From: Dehalococcoidia bacterium
GTDB lineage: Bacteria > Chloroflexota > Dehalococcoidia > SM23-28-2 > RBG-16-64-32
Reading direction: 5' to 3'
DNA: 64,000 nucleotides
Assembly: GCA_963665775.2 (NCBI GenBank)
Contig: CAXXTF010000002.1
Coordinates: forward strand, 224,001-288,000
In this document: positions 38,831-48,916 of the stretch, one piece after another
Position numbering within the stretch: the first letter of the stretch is position 1
How the letters are laid out: the number at the start of each line of letters is the position of its first letter
Notes under the pieces: generated by a model
The model's input: only the letters and a program-made list of their open reading frames with translations
Databases searched by the model: none
What the model was told of the DNA's origin: nothing
Position numbers and translations under genes: made by a program

Positions 38831-38885
38831 AGCTGCAAGACCCTCCGGGCGACTGTGTAGTTCTGACCTTCACGGGTGCCCCTGC
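38827..38885. other. Right attachment junction of element B, carrying the integrase 3' tail
   Basis: 34-bp identity with 11597-11630; minus strand encodes TREGQNYTVARRVLQL*. Confidence 0.88.
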
Positions 38886-39353
38886 GGCTATTACGGCGAC
38901 CCGACGAAGCACTGCACCTGCTCGGAGGCGACGGTCAGCCGCTACCGGCAGCGCATATCCGGGCCGCTCCTGGACCGCATCGACATCTTCGTGGAGGTGC
39001 CACGGGTGGACTACGAGAAGCTTACCGAGGAGAACCAGGCGGAGGGCTCCGCGGAGGTTCGAGCGCGGGTGGAGAAGAGCTGGGAGCGGCAGCGTTCGCG
39101 GTTCTCGGAGTCACGGCTGTCGAGCAATGCGGAGATGGGGCCCGTCGAGGTGCGCGAGTTCTGCCAGCGCTTCCTGGACGAGGCGGCGAACTCCCTGCTA
39201 CGGATGGCCATGCAGCAGCTCGGCCTGTCGGCACGGGCCTTTCACCGGGTGTTGAAGGTGGCACGCACGGTAGCTGATCTGAGTGGTTCTGAGGGGGTCA
39301 CCGCCGCCCAGGTGGCCGAGGCGCTGCAGTACCGTCAGCGCGGCCAGAGCTAG
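38877..39353 (+). pseudogene. comM: 3' half of comM/YifB Mg-chelatase-like ATPase
   Basis: CPCGYYGD...CTC...ISGPLLDRID...LSARAFHRVLKVARTVADL...EALQYR. Confidence 0.95.
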
Positions 39354-39601
39354 CAGCGGATTGGCGGCGTTTCCAATTTCCAGGGGATGCGCAGGAGAGC
39401 CTTCGCGACGCTCAGGGTCTGATCTGAACGACAGCGAAGGGATAAACGCCGCGTAGAACCTAGCTCCCTGGGCGAACTTACCGCTTGCTAAGCGTACGAT
39501 GATATGAGGGCCGGAGGGCGGCGCCTCAGCGCCTGCATCACTGGGTGACACGTGGCGGCGGTGACGCGTGGCGGGATAATGGTGGCGAGGCGTAAGGTAG
39601 G

Positions 39602-40447
39602 TTGCGTATGGCGGATCAGCTGAACGAGATCGGGCCGCTTCGGGGGCTATTGGCGCATGCCCAGCTCAGCCTCATCAGCGATGTCGACGGCACCATCGCT
39701 CCCATCGTCCCGAACGCTGAGGAGGCGGCGATCTCCCCTCGCTGCCGTGCGCTTCTAAGCGAACTGATGGGGCGCGGCGTACGGCTGGCTTTAGTCACCG
39801 GACGTTCCCTGGAGGTGGCGCGGGCCATGCTGGGGCTGGGTGGAGCAGCCTACGCGGCCAACCATGGCCTCACTCTCTGGGTGGAAGGTCGCGAGGAGAC
39901 GCCGGCGGTCGCTGGCGAATATGCGAGCCGGGCGCGTGAGGTAGTGAAGGAGCTGGCCGGTCTGGACATTCCGGGCGTCGTTCTGGAGGAGAAGGGGCCG
40001 GTGCTGGCCGTGCACTACCGACGTGCTGGCGACGAAAGGGCGGCCAGGGAGGCGGTGTTGGGCGCCATAGCCGCCTCGCCCGCGGCGCGGGCTTTCCGGC
40101 TTCACGAGGGGCGGAAGGTGATCGAGCTACGCCCGCCCCTGGACGTGGATAAGGGGACGGCTCTGGCGGCGCTCGTGTCGCGGCTAGGCCTGGAGGCGGT
40201 GATCTGTCTGGGGGACGATGCCACGGACATCGATATGTTCCGCGCCCTCGGTCGGCTACGGGAAGGCGGGCTGCTGGGGGCCAGCGTGGCGGTACGTAAT
40301 GAGGAGGCGACTCCGCAGGTGGTGGCCAGCGCGGACTACTGGGTGGATGGGATACCAGGGGTGGAGTGGCTGCTCCAGGAGATGCTCACAGCCCTCCCCG
40401 AGACACCGCCAGAAGGTCGCGCAACTGGCGCTCCAACCAGAAGGTGA
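39602..40447 (+). CDS. otsB: Trehalose-6-phosphate phosphatase
   Basis: DVDGTI, TGR, HYR, DKG and GDDATD HAD motifs; adjacent to otsA. Confidence 0.92.
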   Translation: MRMADQLNEIGPLRGLLAHAQLSLISDVDGTIAPIVPNAEEAAISPRCRALLSELMGRGVRLALVTGRSLEVARAMLGLGGAAYAANHGLTLWVEGREETPAVAGEYASRAREVVKELAGLDIPGVVLEEKGPVLAVHYRRAGDERAAREAVLGAIAASPAARAFRLHEGRKVIELRPPLDVDKGTALAALVSRLGLEAVICLGDDATDIDMFRALGRLREGGLLGASVAVRNEEATPQVVASADYWVDGIPGVEWLLQEMLTALPETPPEGRATGAPTRR

Positions 40448-41915
40448 TATCCTCCTCCTGGATGAGGCGCTTGAGGGCGGCGGCACGGCGTCGCCGTTCG
40501 GTCCCGGACATAGTGAGGGCCTGCTGCAGGGCTCGCACGGTGCCCTCCAGGTCTGTGGGGCAGATGGTCAGGGCGTACTCTGACAGCTGGTCGGAGGAGC
40601 CGGCCGTCTCGGAGAGGATGAGGACGCCGTCTCCCTTGTTGACTAGGGGGCCCTCCTTGGATACGAGATTCATGCCGTCGATGATGGGGTTAACCAGGAG
40701 CACGTCGTACAGTGACATACCGGCGATGGCCTGCGCGTAGTTGTTCTCGTAGAACACTCGGACAGGCTGCCAATCGGTACCGCCGTACTGGTCGTTGATG
40801 GAGTCGACGGCCTCGAATATCTCGTCGGTGTAGGTCTGATAGGCCTCCAGTTCGCTTCGGGAAGGCACCAGGAACTGCAAGAGGTTGACCTTGCCTTGGA
40901 GCTCTGGCTGACGCTCGATCAGAAGCTCGAAAGCGCGCAGTCCGCGGACGATGTTCTTGCTGGGCTCAGAGCGGTCCACCCGGACGATGGTATGCTGGCC
41001 CAGAAACGGCTGTAACAGCTGTTTGCGCTCCTGGACCTCCGGCGACTGGGCGAAGGCCAGGAGGCCGGCGGCATCTATGGAGATGGGGTAGTTACAGACG
41101 TGGGTGGTGTGTCCCTGGTAGGTGACCTGGCGCTGCTGGTAGTCGATAATGGCACCCTTGAGCATGGACTCGCAGCAGTGGAGGAAGTTGCGCACGTCGC
41201 TGGTGGCCTGGAGGCCCACGATGTCGGCGGCGCAGAGCTCCGCGTGGATCGTCTTGCGCATGAACTCCGGGAGGATACCCCAATAGCGGGGGCCCGGCCA
41301 GGGGATGTGGGTGAAGTGCAGGATGGTGGCTTTGGGCATCTCCCGCCGCACAGTAGCAGCCGCCAGGTACAGATGGTAGTCCTGAAGGAGGACGTAGGGG
41401 GGCTCCGGATCCTCGCGCGCCTCCTCGACTATGGCCTGGGCGACGGCCTCGTTCATGGGGACGTATCCGCTCTCCCAGGCCTGGTATATGGAGCGGCCGA
41501 TGTTCGGTGTGCGGGGGGTGTTCCACATGTAGTGCTGGATGAACCAAAGGAGGGGGTTACAGATGGTGTAGTAGTGGCGCTGATAGACGGCCGGCGGTAC
41601 CAGGACAAAGCGCACGTATATCTCGTTATCGGGGAGCCTGAGGAGGCCGTGTTCGGCCTCCGCGGCGGCCTGGCGGTCGCCATCGGTCATGGCAGTGGCG
41701 ATCCAGGTGGCTGGGACGAACCGGGTGGCGGCCATGAGGGCGGTGACCATGCCGCCGCTGCCTCGCTGAGCATCCAGCGAGCCGTCAGGCTTTACCTGAA
41801 ACTCGATGGGGCCGCGGTTGCTGGCGATGATGAGCCGGCGCCGGGCCAGCATCTGCTGGCAGAGGGCTTCGAGTCTCTGGAGCTTACCTTGGGCGCCGCT
41901 TTCAACGGTGGTCAT
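40386..41915 (-). CDS. otsA: Trehalose-6-phosphate synthase (GT20)
   Basis: SNRGP, QDYHL, HIPWP and DGMNLVSKE motifs. Confidence 0.92.
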   Translation of the reverse strand: MTTVESGAQGKLQRLEALCQQMLARRRLIIASNRGPIEFQVKPDGSLDAQRGSGGMVTALMAATRFVPATWIATAMTDGDRQAAAEAEHGLLRLPDNEIYVRFVLVPPAVYQRHYYTICNPLLWFIQHYMWNTPRTPNIGRSIYQAWESGYVPMNEAVAQAIVEEAREDPEPPYVLLQDYHLYLAAATVRREMPKATILHFTHIPWPGPRYWGILPEFMRKTIHAELCAADIVGLQATSDVRNFLHCCESMLKGAIIDYQQRQVTYQGHTTHVCNYPISIDAAGLLAFAQSPEVQERKQLLQPFLGQHTIVRVDRSEPSKNIVRGLRAFELLIERQPELQGKVNLLQFLVPSRSELEAYQTYTDEIFEAVDSINDQYGGTDWQPVRVFYENNYAQAIAGMSLYDVLLVNPIIDGMNLVSKEGPLVNKGDGVLILSETAGSSDQLSEYALTICPTDLEGTVRALQQALTMSGTERRRRAAALKRLIQEEDITFWLERQLRDLLAVSRGGL

Positions 41916-42011
41916 AAGCTTTAGGTGCAGGATGGGTGATCAGGCGAGGGTTGTCAACCGCGGGCCCCTGCCTTGCTGGGGGTGGCGGGCCGGACTAATA
42001 TGTAGCTGGCT

Positions 42012-42087
42012 GCCCCCGTAGCTCAGTCGGATAGAGCGCCGGCCTCCGGAGCCGGAAGCCCGGGTTCGAGTCCCGGCGGGGGTACCA
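42012..42087 (+). tRNA. tRNA-Arg(CCG)
   Basis: Full cloverleaf; CCGGC-CTCCGGA-GCCGG anticodon arm, GTTCGAG, encoded CCA. Confidence 0.95.
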
Positions 42088-42260
42088 TTTGTATCTGGAA
42101 ACGCGACCTCACCGTAATGCCGCCGAGAGAATGGCCAGCTCCGCACGATAGCTTTAGCGGCGAGTTATGGTGCGCAGCCGCCAGTCCGTGAGGATGTGGA
42201 GATCCGGGGCGTCGGCGTGAGCCTCCCGAGGTTTCTTTCGCTAACAAAGGAGGGCCGAGA

Positions 42261-42809
42261 ATGTTGAAGACATTATTGATTTCGGTTGTAACCTTTGGCC
42301 TAGGAATTGCCGTGGCGATCCCAGTCTACCAAAGCTTCGCGAATCACGAAGCAGGGGAAACGTACACGGGTGCCCACGATGACGGTGGAGCCGTCACGGC
42401 GCGGGTGTCGAGTAACGGCACTGAGCTGACCTTCTTCCAGGCATCGGATGTTCCGTTAGACCCCTTCGACTGCCCAGGCCAGACTGTGGACGTGAATCTC
42501 AGCAAGGTACCGATCAATGAGCTTGTCCACTACTATATCCGGGATCAGGTGGTAAGCGGCGTGACCGTCGAGGTGTTAGGCGACTTCGAGATTCCCGGCT
42601 TCACGATCGGCTTCATTCGTGTCGAGATTGGAGACTGCTCCAGCATCTCTTCTTTTGCGGCTGGAGTTGACCGCGCTGCACCTGCTGGCGTGTTCGGTGA
42701 TGTTGATTGCGACGGAGACGTGGACGCCGTGGACTCGTTCAAACAACTGCAGTACGTTGCGGGCCTATCGGTGACGCAAACGGAGCCCTGCCCGGACATC
42801 GGCAGCTGA
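42261..42809 (+). CDS. Secreted protein with a C-terminal dockerin-like Ca-binding motif
   Basis: Signal peptide; GDVDCDGDVDAVDS. Confidence 0.75.
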   Translation: MLKTLLISVVTFGLGIAVAIPVYQSFANHEAGETYTGAHDDGGAVTARVSSNGTELTFFQASDVPLDPFDCPGQTVDVNLSKVPINELVHYYIRDQVVSGVTVEVLGDFEIPGFTIGFIRVEIGDCSSISSFAAGVDRAAPAGVFGDVDCDGDVDAVDSFKQLQYVAGLSVTQTEPCPDIGS

Positions 42810-42883
42810 CCCGGCAGCGGCTCGTTCGATGAGCGCGGCCTCCTCGCTAGGGCCGGGAGACGTGGGCGGCCAGGTGACTGGCG

Positions 42884-43168
42884 CTAGACGGCCCGCTGGG
42901 GCAGGTGCTCGACGATCATGTCCAGGGCCTCTCCGCGTTGGACCCAGCGCTGCAGCTCGCGATGAAGCAGACGGCTGATCTTCTGCAGCGCCTGGGCGCG
43001 GTCGGGAGCCTGCTTATGGGCTAGGGCCGTGTGCACCTCTCGCAAAGCGGCGTCGCAGACGTTGGCCATCCGCCAGGCGAGGAACCAGCGGTCGTTCAGG
43101 TCAACCCAGGCGTCGCCGGTTTTCGTCTCCTGTCGTGTTGCCGTTGTCGCCATTGATTGAGCCATCAC
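42884..43168 (-). CDS. Hypothetical protein
   Basis: Only plausible ORF in the gap. Confidence 0.55.
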   Translation of the reverse strand: MMAQSMATTATRQETKTGDAWVDLNDRWFLAWRMANVCDAALREVHTALAHKQAPDRAQALQKISRLLHRELQRWVQRGEALDMIVEHLPQRAV

Positions 43169-43324
43169 TTTCTCTTAGATTCATCGATATTAGATGCTCG
43201 GTGGCCTTCCTTTGTTACATGAATCCCCTGTCTGTACGTACCGTACTGGTATACTGGAGTGGAATGCGGTCGAGCGTAGAGGTGATTAGACCTGCCTAGA
43301 CGACAGAGAAGACGGAAGAGGGGG

Positions 43325-44098
43325 ATGTCCTCCGCCGACGACTTCGCGGTCCGGAGGCGGAGGGCGCCGTTCCCCATCAACCTGATCTTCAACTACAAAA
43401 TCGTTTACGTCATCTTCATTGTGGCGCTAATCGGCGGTTTGGCAGCCGTTGGCCTGGGTGGCCTGTCCGGTAGTGGCCACACTCCGGTGCCCATCGTCGA
43501 TATTGGGGAGACGCCACAGCCCACAGCGACGCCGGCTGGCGTGCGCTTCCCCGACGGGCCGGTCCGCGACCCCGAGGCGACTCAACCGCACAAGGCTATC
43601 CTCGTGACCAACGGGGGCGAGATCGAGATAGAGCTCTTCACGGACGCGCCGGAAGCGGTGAATAGCTTCGCCTTTCTTGCTGAGAATGGCTTCTACAACG
43701 GCACGATCTTCTTCTATGTGAACCGCAACTTCTTCGCTCAGGCCGGCGATCCGGCCTGCAGCGTGAGCGAAGGGAGCACCTGTACCGGTGTGGGGGGCCC
43801 CGGATACTCCCTGCCTGTAGAGGACACCACTGTCGGTCATGAGCGGTGGGCAGTGGTAGCGCCGGCGGTGGTCGAAGGGGAAGAAGTGCACGGCAGCCAG
43901 TTCCGTATCCTGTTCAACGCGGATGAGCGGCTGGATGGCAAGGAGACCGTGTTCGGGAGAGTGGTGGCTGGGCAGGAGATACTGGAAGACCTGTCCGACT
44001 TCGTTCCCTGCTCCGTGACCGAGACCGACAGCTGTGATCCCGACCTCGATGTGTCATCGGCGCTGCTGATCGAAGAGGTCATCGTCGAGCCGGCGTAG
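43325..44098 (+). CDS. Membrane-anchored cyclophilin-type peptidyl-prolyl isomerase
   Basis: FLAENGFYNG, QAGDP, GGPGY, GSQF and TVFGRV motifs. Confidence 0.85.
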   Translation: MSSADDFAVRRRRAPFPINLIFNYKIVYVIFIVALIGGLAAVGLGGLSGSGHTPVPIVDIGETPQPTATPAGVRFPDGPVRDPEATQPHKAILVTNGGEIEIELFTDAPEAVNSFAFLAENGFYNGTIFFYVNRNFFAQAGDPACSVSEGSTCTGVGGPGYSLPVEDTTVGHERWAVVAPAVVEGEEVHGSQFRILFNADERLDGKETVFGRVVAGQEILEDLSDFVPCSVTETDSCDPDLDVSSALLIEEVIVEPA

Positions 44099-44121
44099 AC
44101 GAGCCCGGGAGAGTACAGTAA

Positions 44122-44150
44122 GGCCGACCATATTGGTCGGCCAGTCTTTG
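44122..44150. terminator. Hairpin between convergent genes
   Basis: GGCCGACCA-TAT-TGGTCGGCC followed by a T-rich run. Confidence 0.6.
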
Positions 44151-44172
44151 GTTTCTCGCTGCTACAGGTGCG

Positions 44173-44394
44173 CTAGCTCTTCTTCTCCTCGGTAGTTTCC
44201 GCAGTCACGGGCTCTTCCTCGTTGTCCGTCGCCTCTTCCTGGCCCTCCTTCACCTCTCGGCGGAACTCGCGGATGCCGCGGCCGACACCTTTGCCGATGT
44301 CACCGATACGGCTGGCGCCGAAGAGCACCACTACGATAGCCAATATAATTAATAGTTCTGCCGGCCCCAGGCCCGGGGATATTAGAAACGGCAT
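44173..44394 (-). CDS. tatA: Twin-arginine translocase subunit TatA
   Basis: GLG..ELLII...LFG..R...G..IREFR. Confidence 0.93.
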   Translation of the reverse strand: MPFLISPGLGPAELLIILAIVVVLFGASRIGDIGKGVGRGIREFRREVKEGQEEATDNEEEPVTAETTEEKKS

Positions 44395-44437
44395 AACATC
44401 GCCTCCTGCCTTTCAGGACTAGCATAGCACCGGCCTG

Positions 44438-44809
44438 TTACTCTGGCAACCGTCGTGAACCGGCAAGACGTTCGACGGCTGACATAAGGAGGATGAAGCC
44501 TGACGCCACCGCCAGCGCGGCCAGGCCTATCTGCCACAAGCCGCCAATCAGGAAGAAGATACCCACGGCAGCAGAGAATCCCAGTGACGACACGATAGCG
44601 ATTCGGGCAACCACAATGCCCAGGGGCATCCGGGGCAACGGCGGCTCTGGTTCTTTTAGCGGCCTCTCCTCCTCCGGCCGTTCCTGCTGCTGGGGCGCGG
44701 CGCGCTCGCCCACTGATCGGCCTGCCCGTGGCGGACCCTTTCTTGCGCGTCGGGTGATGGCGGTCGCCGACGGGGCCCGCTGCTCCTGGCCGGTATTCCC
44801 TTCGCTCAT
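44438..44809 (-). CDS. Hypothetical membrane protein
   Basis: Two C-terminal hydrophobic helices. Confidence 0.6.
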   Translation of the reverse strand: MSEGNTGQEQRAPSATAITRRARKGPPRAGRSVGERAAPQQQERPEEERPLKEPEPPLPRMPLGIVVARIAIVSSLGFSAAVGIFFLIGGLWQIGLAALAVASGFILLMSAVERLAGSRRLPE

Positions 44810-44995
44810 CGCTCGATCAGCCCCTGCCGTCGCGGGCCGGCGTAGTCACCGTACACCTTCTTAACTTCCGTTCCAGTGGGCGTAACTCCTGCGTTCATGA
44901 TGCAGCCAGACGGAGCACCCATTTTCGCGGGCCCGTGAGAGTGTGCCCATCGCTGGTGATCGGTGTGAGCGTCACGGGAACGGCCGCGCCTCAGC

Positions 44996-45808
44996 CTAGC
45001 GGCCACTGAAGTTCGGGTCTCGCTTCTCTTCGAATGATCGCCGCCCCTCCTTGGCATCCTCGGTTAGCTGGGGGATGACGTTAGCGATGGCAGCCATCTC
45101 CAGAGACGTTTCGAAGCCGAGCTCCAGGCCACGCACCATCATCAGCTTGCCCAGCCTGAGGGCGATGGGCGGGCCTTTAGCTATTTTCGCTGCCAGTTCC
45201 TGGGTCGCTTCCTCCAACTGGTCGTGAGGCACGAGCTTGTTGAGCAGACCGTACCGTTCGGCCTCCTGACCGTCCACGAAGTCGCCGGTGTAGAGCATCT
45301 CCAGCGCCTTCGCCAGGCCGACGACCCTGGGCAGGAAGAAGGTGCCTCCCGTGTAAGGAAGCACCCCGCGCTTCACAAACGCTACCTGAAACCGGGCCTT
45401 ATCGGAGCCGATCCGGAGATCGCAGGCGAGGGCCAGGTCCAGGCCGCAGCCGGTGCAGGCGCCGTTGACGGAGGCGATGGTGGGTTTGTCCAGATTGCGA
45501 ATCGTCTTCGTGATGAGCTGGAACCCGCGACGCATGCGCTGGCGGCGGCCGTCAATCCCCCAGTTCTCCTGCGGCAGGTCACTTGTGACGGCGCCCGGCG
45601 TGAAATCCGCCCCCGAACAGAAGCCGCGCCCGGCGCCCGTGATGACGATAACTCTCACCTCCGGGTCCAGATCTGATTTCAGCAGGCAGTTCACCAACTC
45701 CGTAGAGAGGTCCTGGGTCAACGCATTGAGCCGCTCTGGACGGTTCAGGGTAATCCAGGCCACGTTCCCCGCTTGGCGGAAGATGAGGCTGGAATACTGT
45801 GATGCCAT
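44996..45808 (-). CDS. Enoyl-CoA hydratase/isomerase family protein
   Basis: LNRPERLNA, FCSGAD, KPTIASVNG and LACDLRI motifs. Confidence 0.93.
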   Translation of the reverse strand: MASQYSSLIFRQAGNVAWITLNRPERLNALTQDLSTELVNCLLKSDLDPEVRVIVITGAGRGFCSGADFTPGAVTSDLPQENWGIDGRRQRMRRGFQLITKTIRNLDKPTIASVNGACTGCGLDLALACDLRIGSDKARFQVAFVKRGVLPYTGGTFFLPRVVGLAKALEMLYTGDFVDGQEAERYGLLNKLVPHDQLEEATQELAAKIAKGPPIALRLGKLMMVRGLELGFETSLEMAAIANVIPQLTEDAKEGRRSFEEKRDPNFSGR

Positions 45809-45965
45809 AAGGAGGTACCCTCTCTCTCAGAGTGGGCTAGAGCATGCTATCTGGGTGATAGTCTACCAGCGACGCGCGACTGCGATCGGAAGTGCGGGCG
45901 TCCAAGTCGGTCCCGGTCAGACATCGATCTCGACCACGAACGCGAACCGACTCGTATCTGGAGGC

Positions 45966-46015
45966 TGGTCGGGGTGGGCAGATTCGAACTGCCGGCCTCC
46001 TGTTCCCCAACCAGG
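45966..46015 (-). pseudogene. 3' fragment of tRNA-Pro(GGG) (att-like relic)
   Basis: TTGGGGA loop, GGCAG-TTCGAAT-CTGCC T-arm, CACCCCG-ACCA; no complementary 5' acceptor strand. Confidence 0.75.
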
Positions 46016-46478
46016 CTGCGTACCTCCCATAGACTCCCATAGAGACCCATTATATACCTACTGTTTCCCGTCAGCATTAAGGGAACAGTGGGTAAGCAGC
46101 TCTTCGTGCGCATCTGAGGGCTTGCTCTCGCTCTCCAAGTGGCGGTAAGGTGCTGCCCAGAAGGGAGGAGCGAGAGTGGCAGAGATTGGCGGCTGCCTGC
46201 CCTTCAGGAGCGTTGCAGAGGGCACTCCTCCCCTCCTTGCTCAACGGGTGGATCAAGAACAGGAGCGGGTGCTGCCGGTCTTGGCTTGAAGGGCAGGGCC
46301 AGGCGGTTCGTGGGGAGAGTTGAGCTGCAACGAGTTGATGAGGAGGGAACGCAAACCGGTAAAAGGCGGGCCAGTTGACAAGCTGTTTCGTAAAGAGCAA
46401 TATTCGGCCATGAAGCGGTGCTAGCCACAAGCCGGTCCAGGTTTGATAAGGCGATGTCATCGTAGGTAAGGTGCAATT

Positions 46479-47687
46479 ATGGATTTCGAGATCACATTCA
46501 CCCCGGATATTGAAGCCTTCCGCAGCGAGGTCTCGCGGTGGCTAGATGAAGACCCTCCCGAGTTTTCGCCCTCCGTTGCCTACTCGGAGGATGAGGATGA
46601 CGATGGTGTGGAATGGAACAAGCGGCTAAGCTTCCGTCGCAAACTGGGCGGGCAAGGCTGGCTGTATCCGACCGCTCCGAACGAGTACGGTGGCGGCGGG
46701 CTGACATCAGACCACGCCATCATCATCTCCCAGGAGTTGGAGCGGCGCGGTATACCCAGTATGCAGGACCTAGGCCACATGGCCTCGGCCTGCATACTGG
46801 TGTGGGGCACTGAGGAACAGCGGCGGCGCTTTGCTGAGCCCATCCTTACCGGCGAGGCGACGACCTGGCAGCTGCTCACCGAGCCCCAGGGCGGGACCGA
46901 CCTGGCCAGCGCCCAAACGCGGGCGGTCCGTGACGGCGATGATTACATCGTCAATGGTAACAAGGTCTTCGTAGCCGGGCGGCAGGGGGTGGACTTTCTC
47001 TGGACCCTGGTGAACACCGATCCGAACGGGCAACGCCATCGGAACCTGACCTACCTGATGATCCCGGGCGACCTCCCTGGAATTACGGTCACTCCCATGA
47101 GCCTGCTCTCCGGCTTCCGAGGAGGGGTGTTCTTCGACAATGTGCGGGTGCCGGGCTCATGCCGTATCGGTCCGGAGAACGAGGCCTGGACAACAGTGGC
47201 CAGCAGCAACATGGAGTTGGAGCACGGCGGCGGCGGCAATATTGCGACCGACCGACAACTGCAGGCATTAATCGCCTTCCTCAAGGAGACAAAGGCAAAA
47301 GGCGAGCCGCTCCTAAGGGACGAGGGGCTTCGCGACTTATTTGCCCAGGCGTATATAGAGCGCGAGACGGAACGACTCTTCGGCCTGCGAAACTTCTGGA
47401 TGCGAAACAGCCGCGTTCCCATGGCCCACGAGGGACCGCAGCTCAATCACTGGCGAAAAGGGCACCCCCATAGCTTTGCGCGGGCAGCCCAGGATATCCT
47501 GGGTTATTATGCCCTCACTCAGGACCCCGCGTACGCGCCCGCGGCGGGGCTGCTGGAGCAACAGCAGCGGGGGGCGTTCGCCATGCAGCACGCAGGGGGC
47601 GGCTTCAACATCCAGGCGACGGTCCTCGCCCGGAGGTTGGGCATTGGGCGAACCGTCCAGGAAGAGGCGGGGCGGGTGAACCTGTGA
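46479..47687 (+). CDS. Acyl-CoA dehydrogenase family protein
   Basis: EYGGGG, TEPQGGTDLAS, NGNKVF and VFFDNVRVP motifs. Confidence 0.92.
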   Translation: MDFEITFTPDIEAFRSEVSRWLDEDPPEFSPSVAYSEDEDDDGVEWNKRLSFRRKLGGQGWLYPTAPNEYGGGGLTSDHAIIISQELERRGIPSMQDLGHMASACILVWGTEEQRRRFAEPILTGEATTWQLLTEPQGGTDLASAQTRAVRDGDDYIVNGNKVFVAGRQGVDFLWTLVNTDPNGQRHRNLTYLMIPGDLPGITVTPMSLLSGFRGGVFFDNVRVPGSCRIGPENEAWTTVASSNMELEHGGGGNIATDRQLQALIAFLKETKAKGEPLLRDEGLRDLFAQAYIERETERLFGLRNFWMRNSRVPMAHEGPQLNHWRKGHPHSFARAAQDILGYYALTQDPAYAPAAGLLEQQQRGAFAMQHAGGGFNIQATVLARRLGIGRTVQEEAGRVNL

Positions 47688-47767
47688 GGGACACAAATGT
47701 CCGGGTCGTCGATCGCGTCAGGCCGGTCACATCTTCAGCGCCAGAAAGCTTATCAAGGAAGTGATAG

Positions 47768-48916
47768 ATGGATCTCTCCCCCAATGAGCAGCAACAGCAA
47801 CTGAAGGATGTCGCTCGAGACTTTGTGAGACGGGAGGCCTCCCGGGAGACCCTGGTCGCTATGGACAGGGAAGGCGTAACCTTTGAGCGAGAGCTGTGGC
47901 GGAAGGCTGCCTCCCTGGGATGGCTGGGCGTGGCCATCCCGCCGGAGTACGGCGGCGAGGGGACGTCCCTGCTCGATGCGGCAGTCATCTACGAGGAGTT
48001 AGGCCGTGGCCCCGTCCCCGGCCCCTTCTTCGATTCGTCCGTCCTGTGTGCCCAGATCATCTTGGCTGGAGGCACGGAAGAACAGAAACGCAGCCTGCTG
48101 CCCGCTATCGCCAGCGGCGAGCGCATCTTCACCCTGGCTGCTCTGGACCCCTCACCCCGGTGGGGCCCAGAGTACGTGCGGATGGGGGCGACTCCGGGCA
48201 ATGGTGGCTTTGATCTGAACGGCGTTAAGCCGTTCGTACTGTACGCCTCGGTGAGCGACTCGTACCTGGTCGCCGCCCGCACGTCAAACGCGGGGTCGAA
48301 CGCTGAGGACGGCATTTCCCTGTTCGTGCTGGATAGAGACACACCCGGTGTCCGGGTGAGGGAGCTCGCAGGAAGACCGCTTGAAGGGCTCATCTCGGGC
48401 GTTAGTGAGGTCACCCTGGACGCTGTCCGGCTGCCGGCATCAGCGGTGTTGGGCGAGACCGGGGAGGGATGGCGCTACCTAGAACGAGCCGCGATACAGG
48501 CCATCCCGGTGCTCTGCTCCTACGAGGTCGGAGGGATGGAGGCGCTTACTGAGATGGCCATCGAGTACAGCCAGAGCAGGGTTGTGTTCGGTCAGCCGAT
48601 TGGACGGTTCCAGCGGGTACAGGACCGGATCATCGACGCCGTCAACCACAGGGATGCCGCCCGCTGGATCAACTACGAAACCATCTGGAAGCTCGAGACC
48701 GGCCGCCCGGCTGAGGCAAGCGTGCATATGGCCAAAGCCGTGGCGAGCGAGGGCTACTACGAGGCGTCTGACCTTACGGCCGCCGTCTTCGGGGGGTTAG
48801 GCGTCGAACCAGGGACCGGTGTGAACAAACATATCAAGATGTCGCGAAGGCTCTACTCGTACCTTGGCGACCCGGTATACCACCGGGGCCGGTTGGTAGA
48901 TGCTCTGGACGTCTAA
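47768..48916 (+). CDS. Acyl-CoA dehydrogenase family protein (likely partner subunit)
   Basis: PEYGGEG, RVVFGQPIGRFQ, FGGLG. Confidence 0.92.
   Translation: MDLSPNEQQQQLKDVARDFVRREASRETLVAMDREGVTFERELWRKAASLGWLGVAIPPEYGGEGTSLLDAAVIYEELGRGPVPGPFFDSSVLCAQIILAGGTEEQKRSLLPAIASGERIFTLAALDPSPRWGPEYVRMGATPGNGGFDLNGVKPFVLYASVSDSYLVAARTSNAGSNAEDGISLFVLDRDTPGVRVRELAGRPLEGLISGVSEVTLDAVRLPASAVLGETGEGWRYLERAAIQAIPVLCSYEVGGMEALTEMAIEYSQSRVVFGQPIGRFQRVQDRIIDAVNHRDAARWINYETIWKLETGRPAEASVHMAKAVASEGYYEASDLTAAVFGGLGVEPGTGVNKHIKMSRRLYSYLGDPVYHRGRLVDALDV

Larger units (their letters stand above)
11622..38878. mobile_element. Element B: ~27-kb serine-recombinase integrative element in comM
   Basis: 34-bp direct repeat at both ends, integrase at left end, comM 3' half directly after right end. 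Confidence 0.88.

Noticed and set aside
38472-39353. 293-aa ORF as a restored comM
   Set aside because: Its N-terminal part is the antisense of the primase gene, and the comM N-terminus and Walker A are missing. Only 38877 onward is comM.
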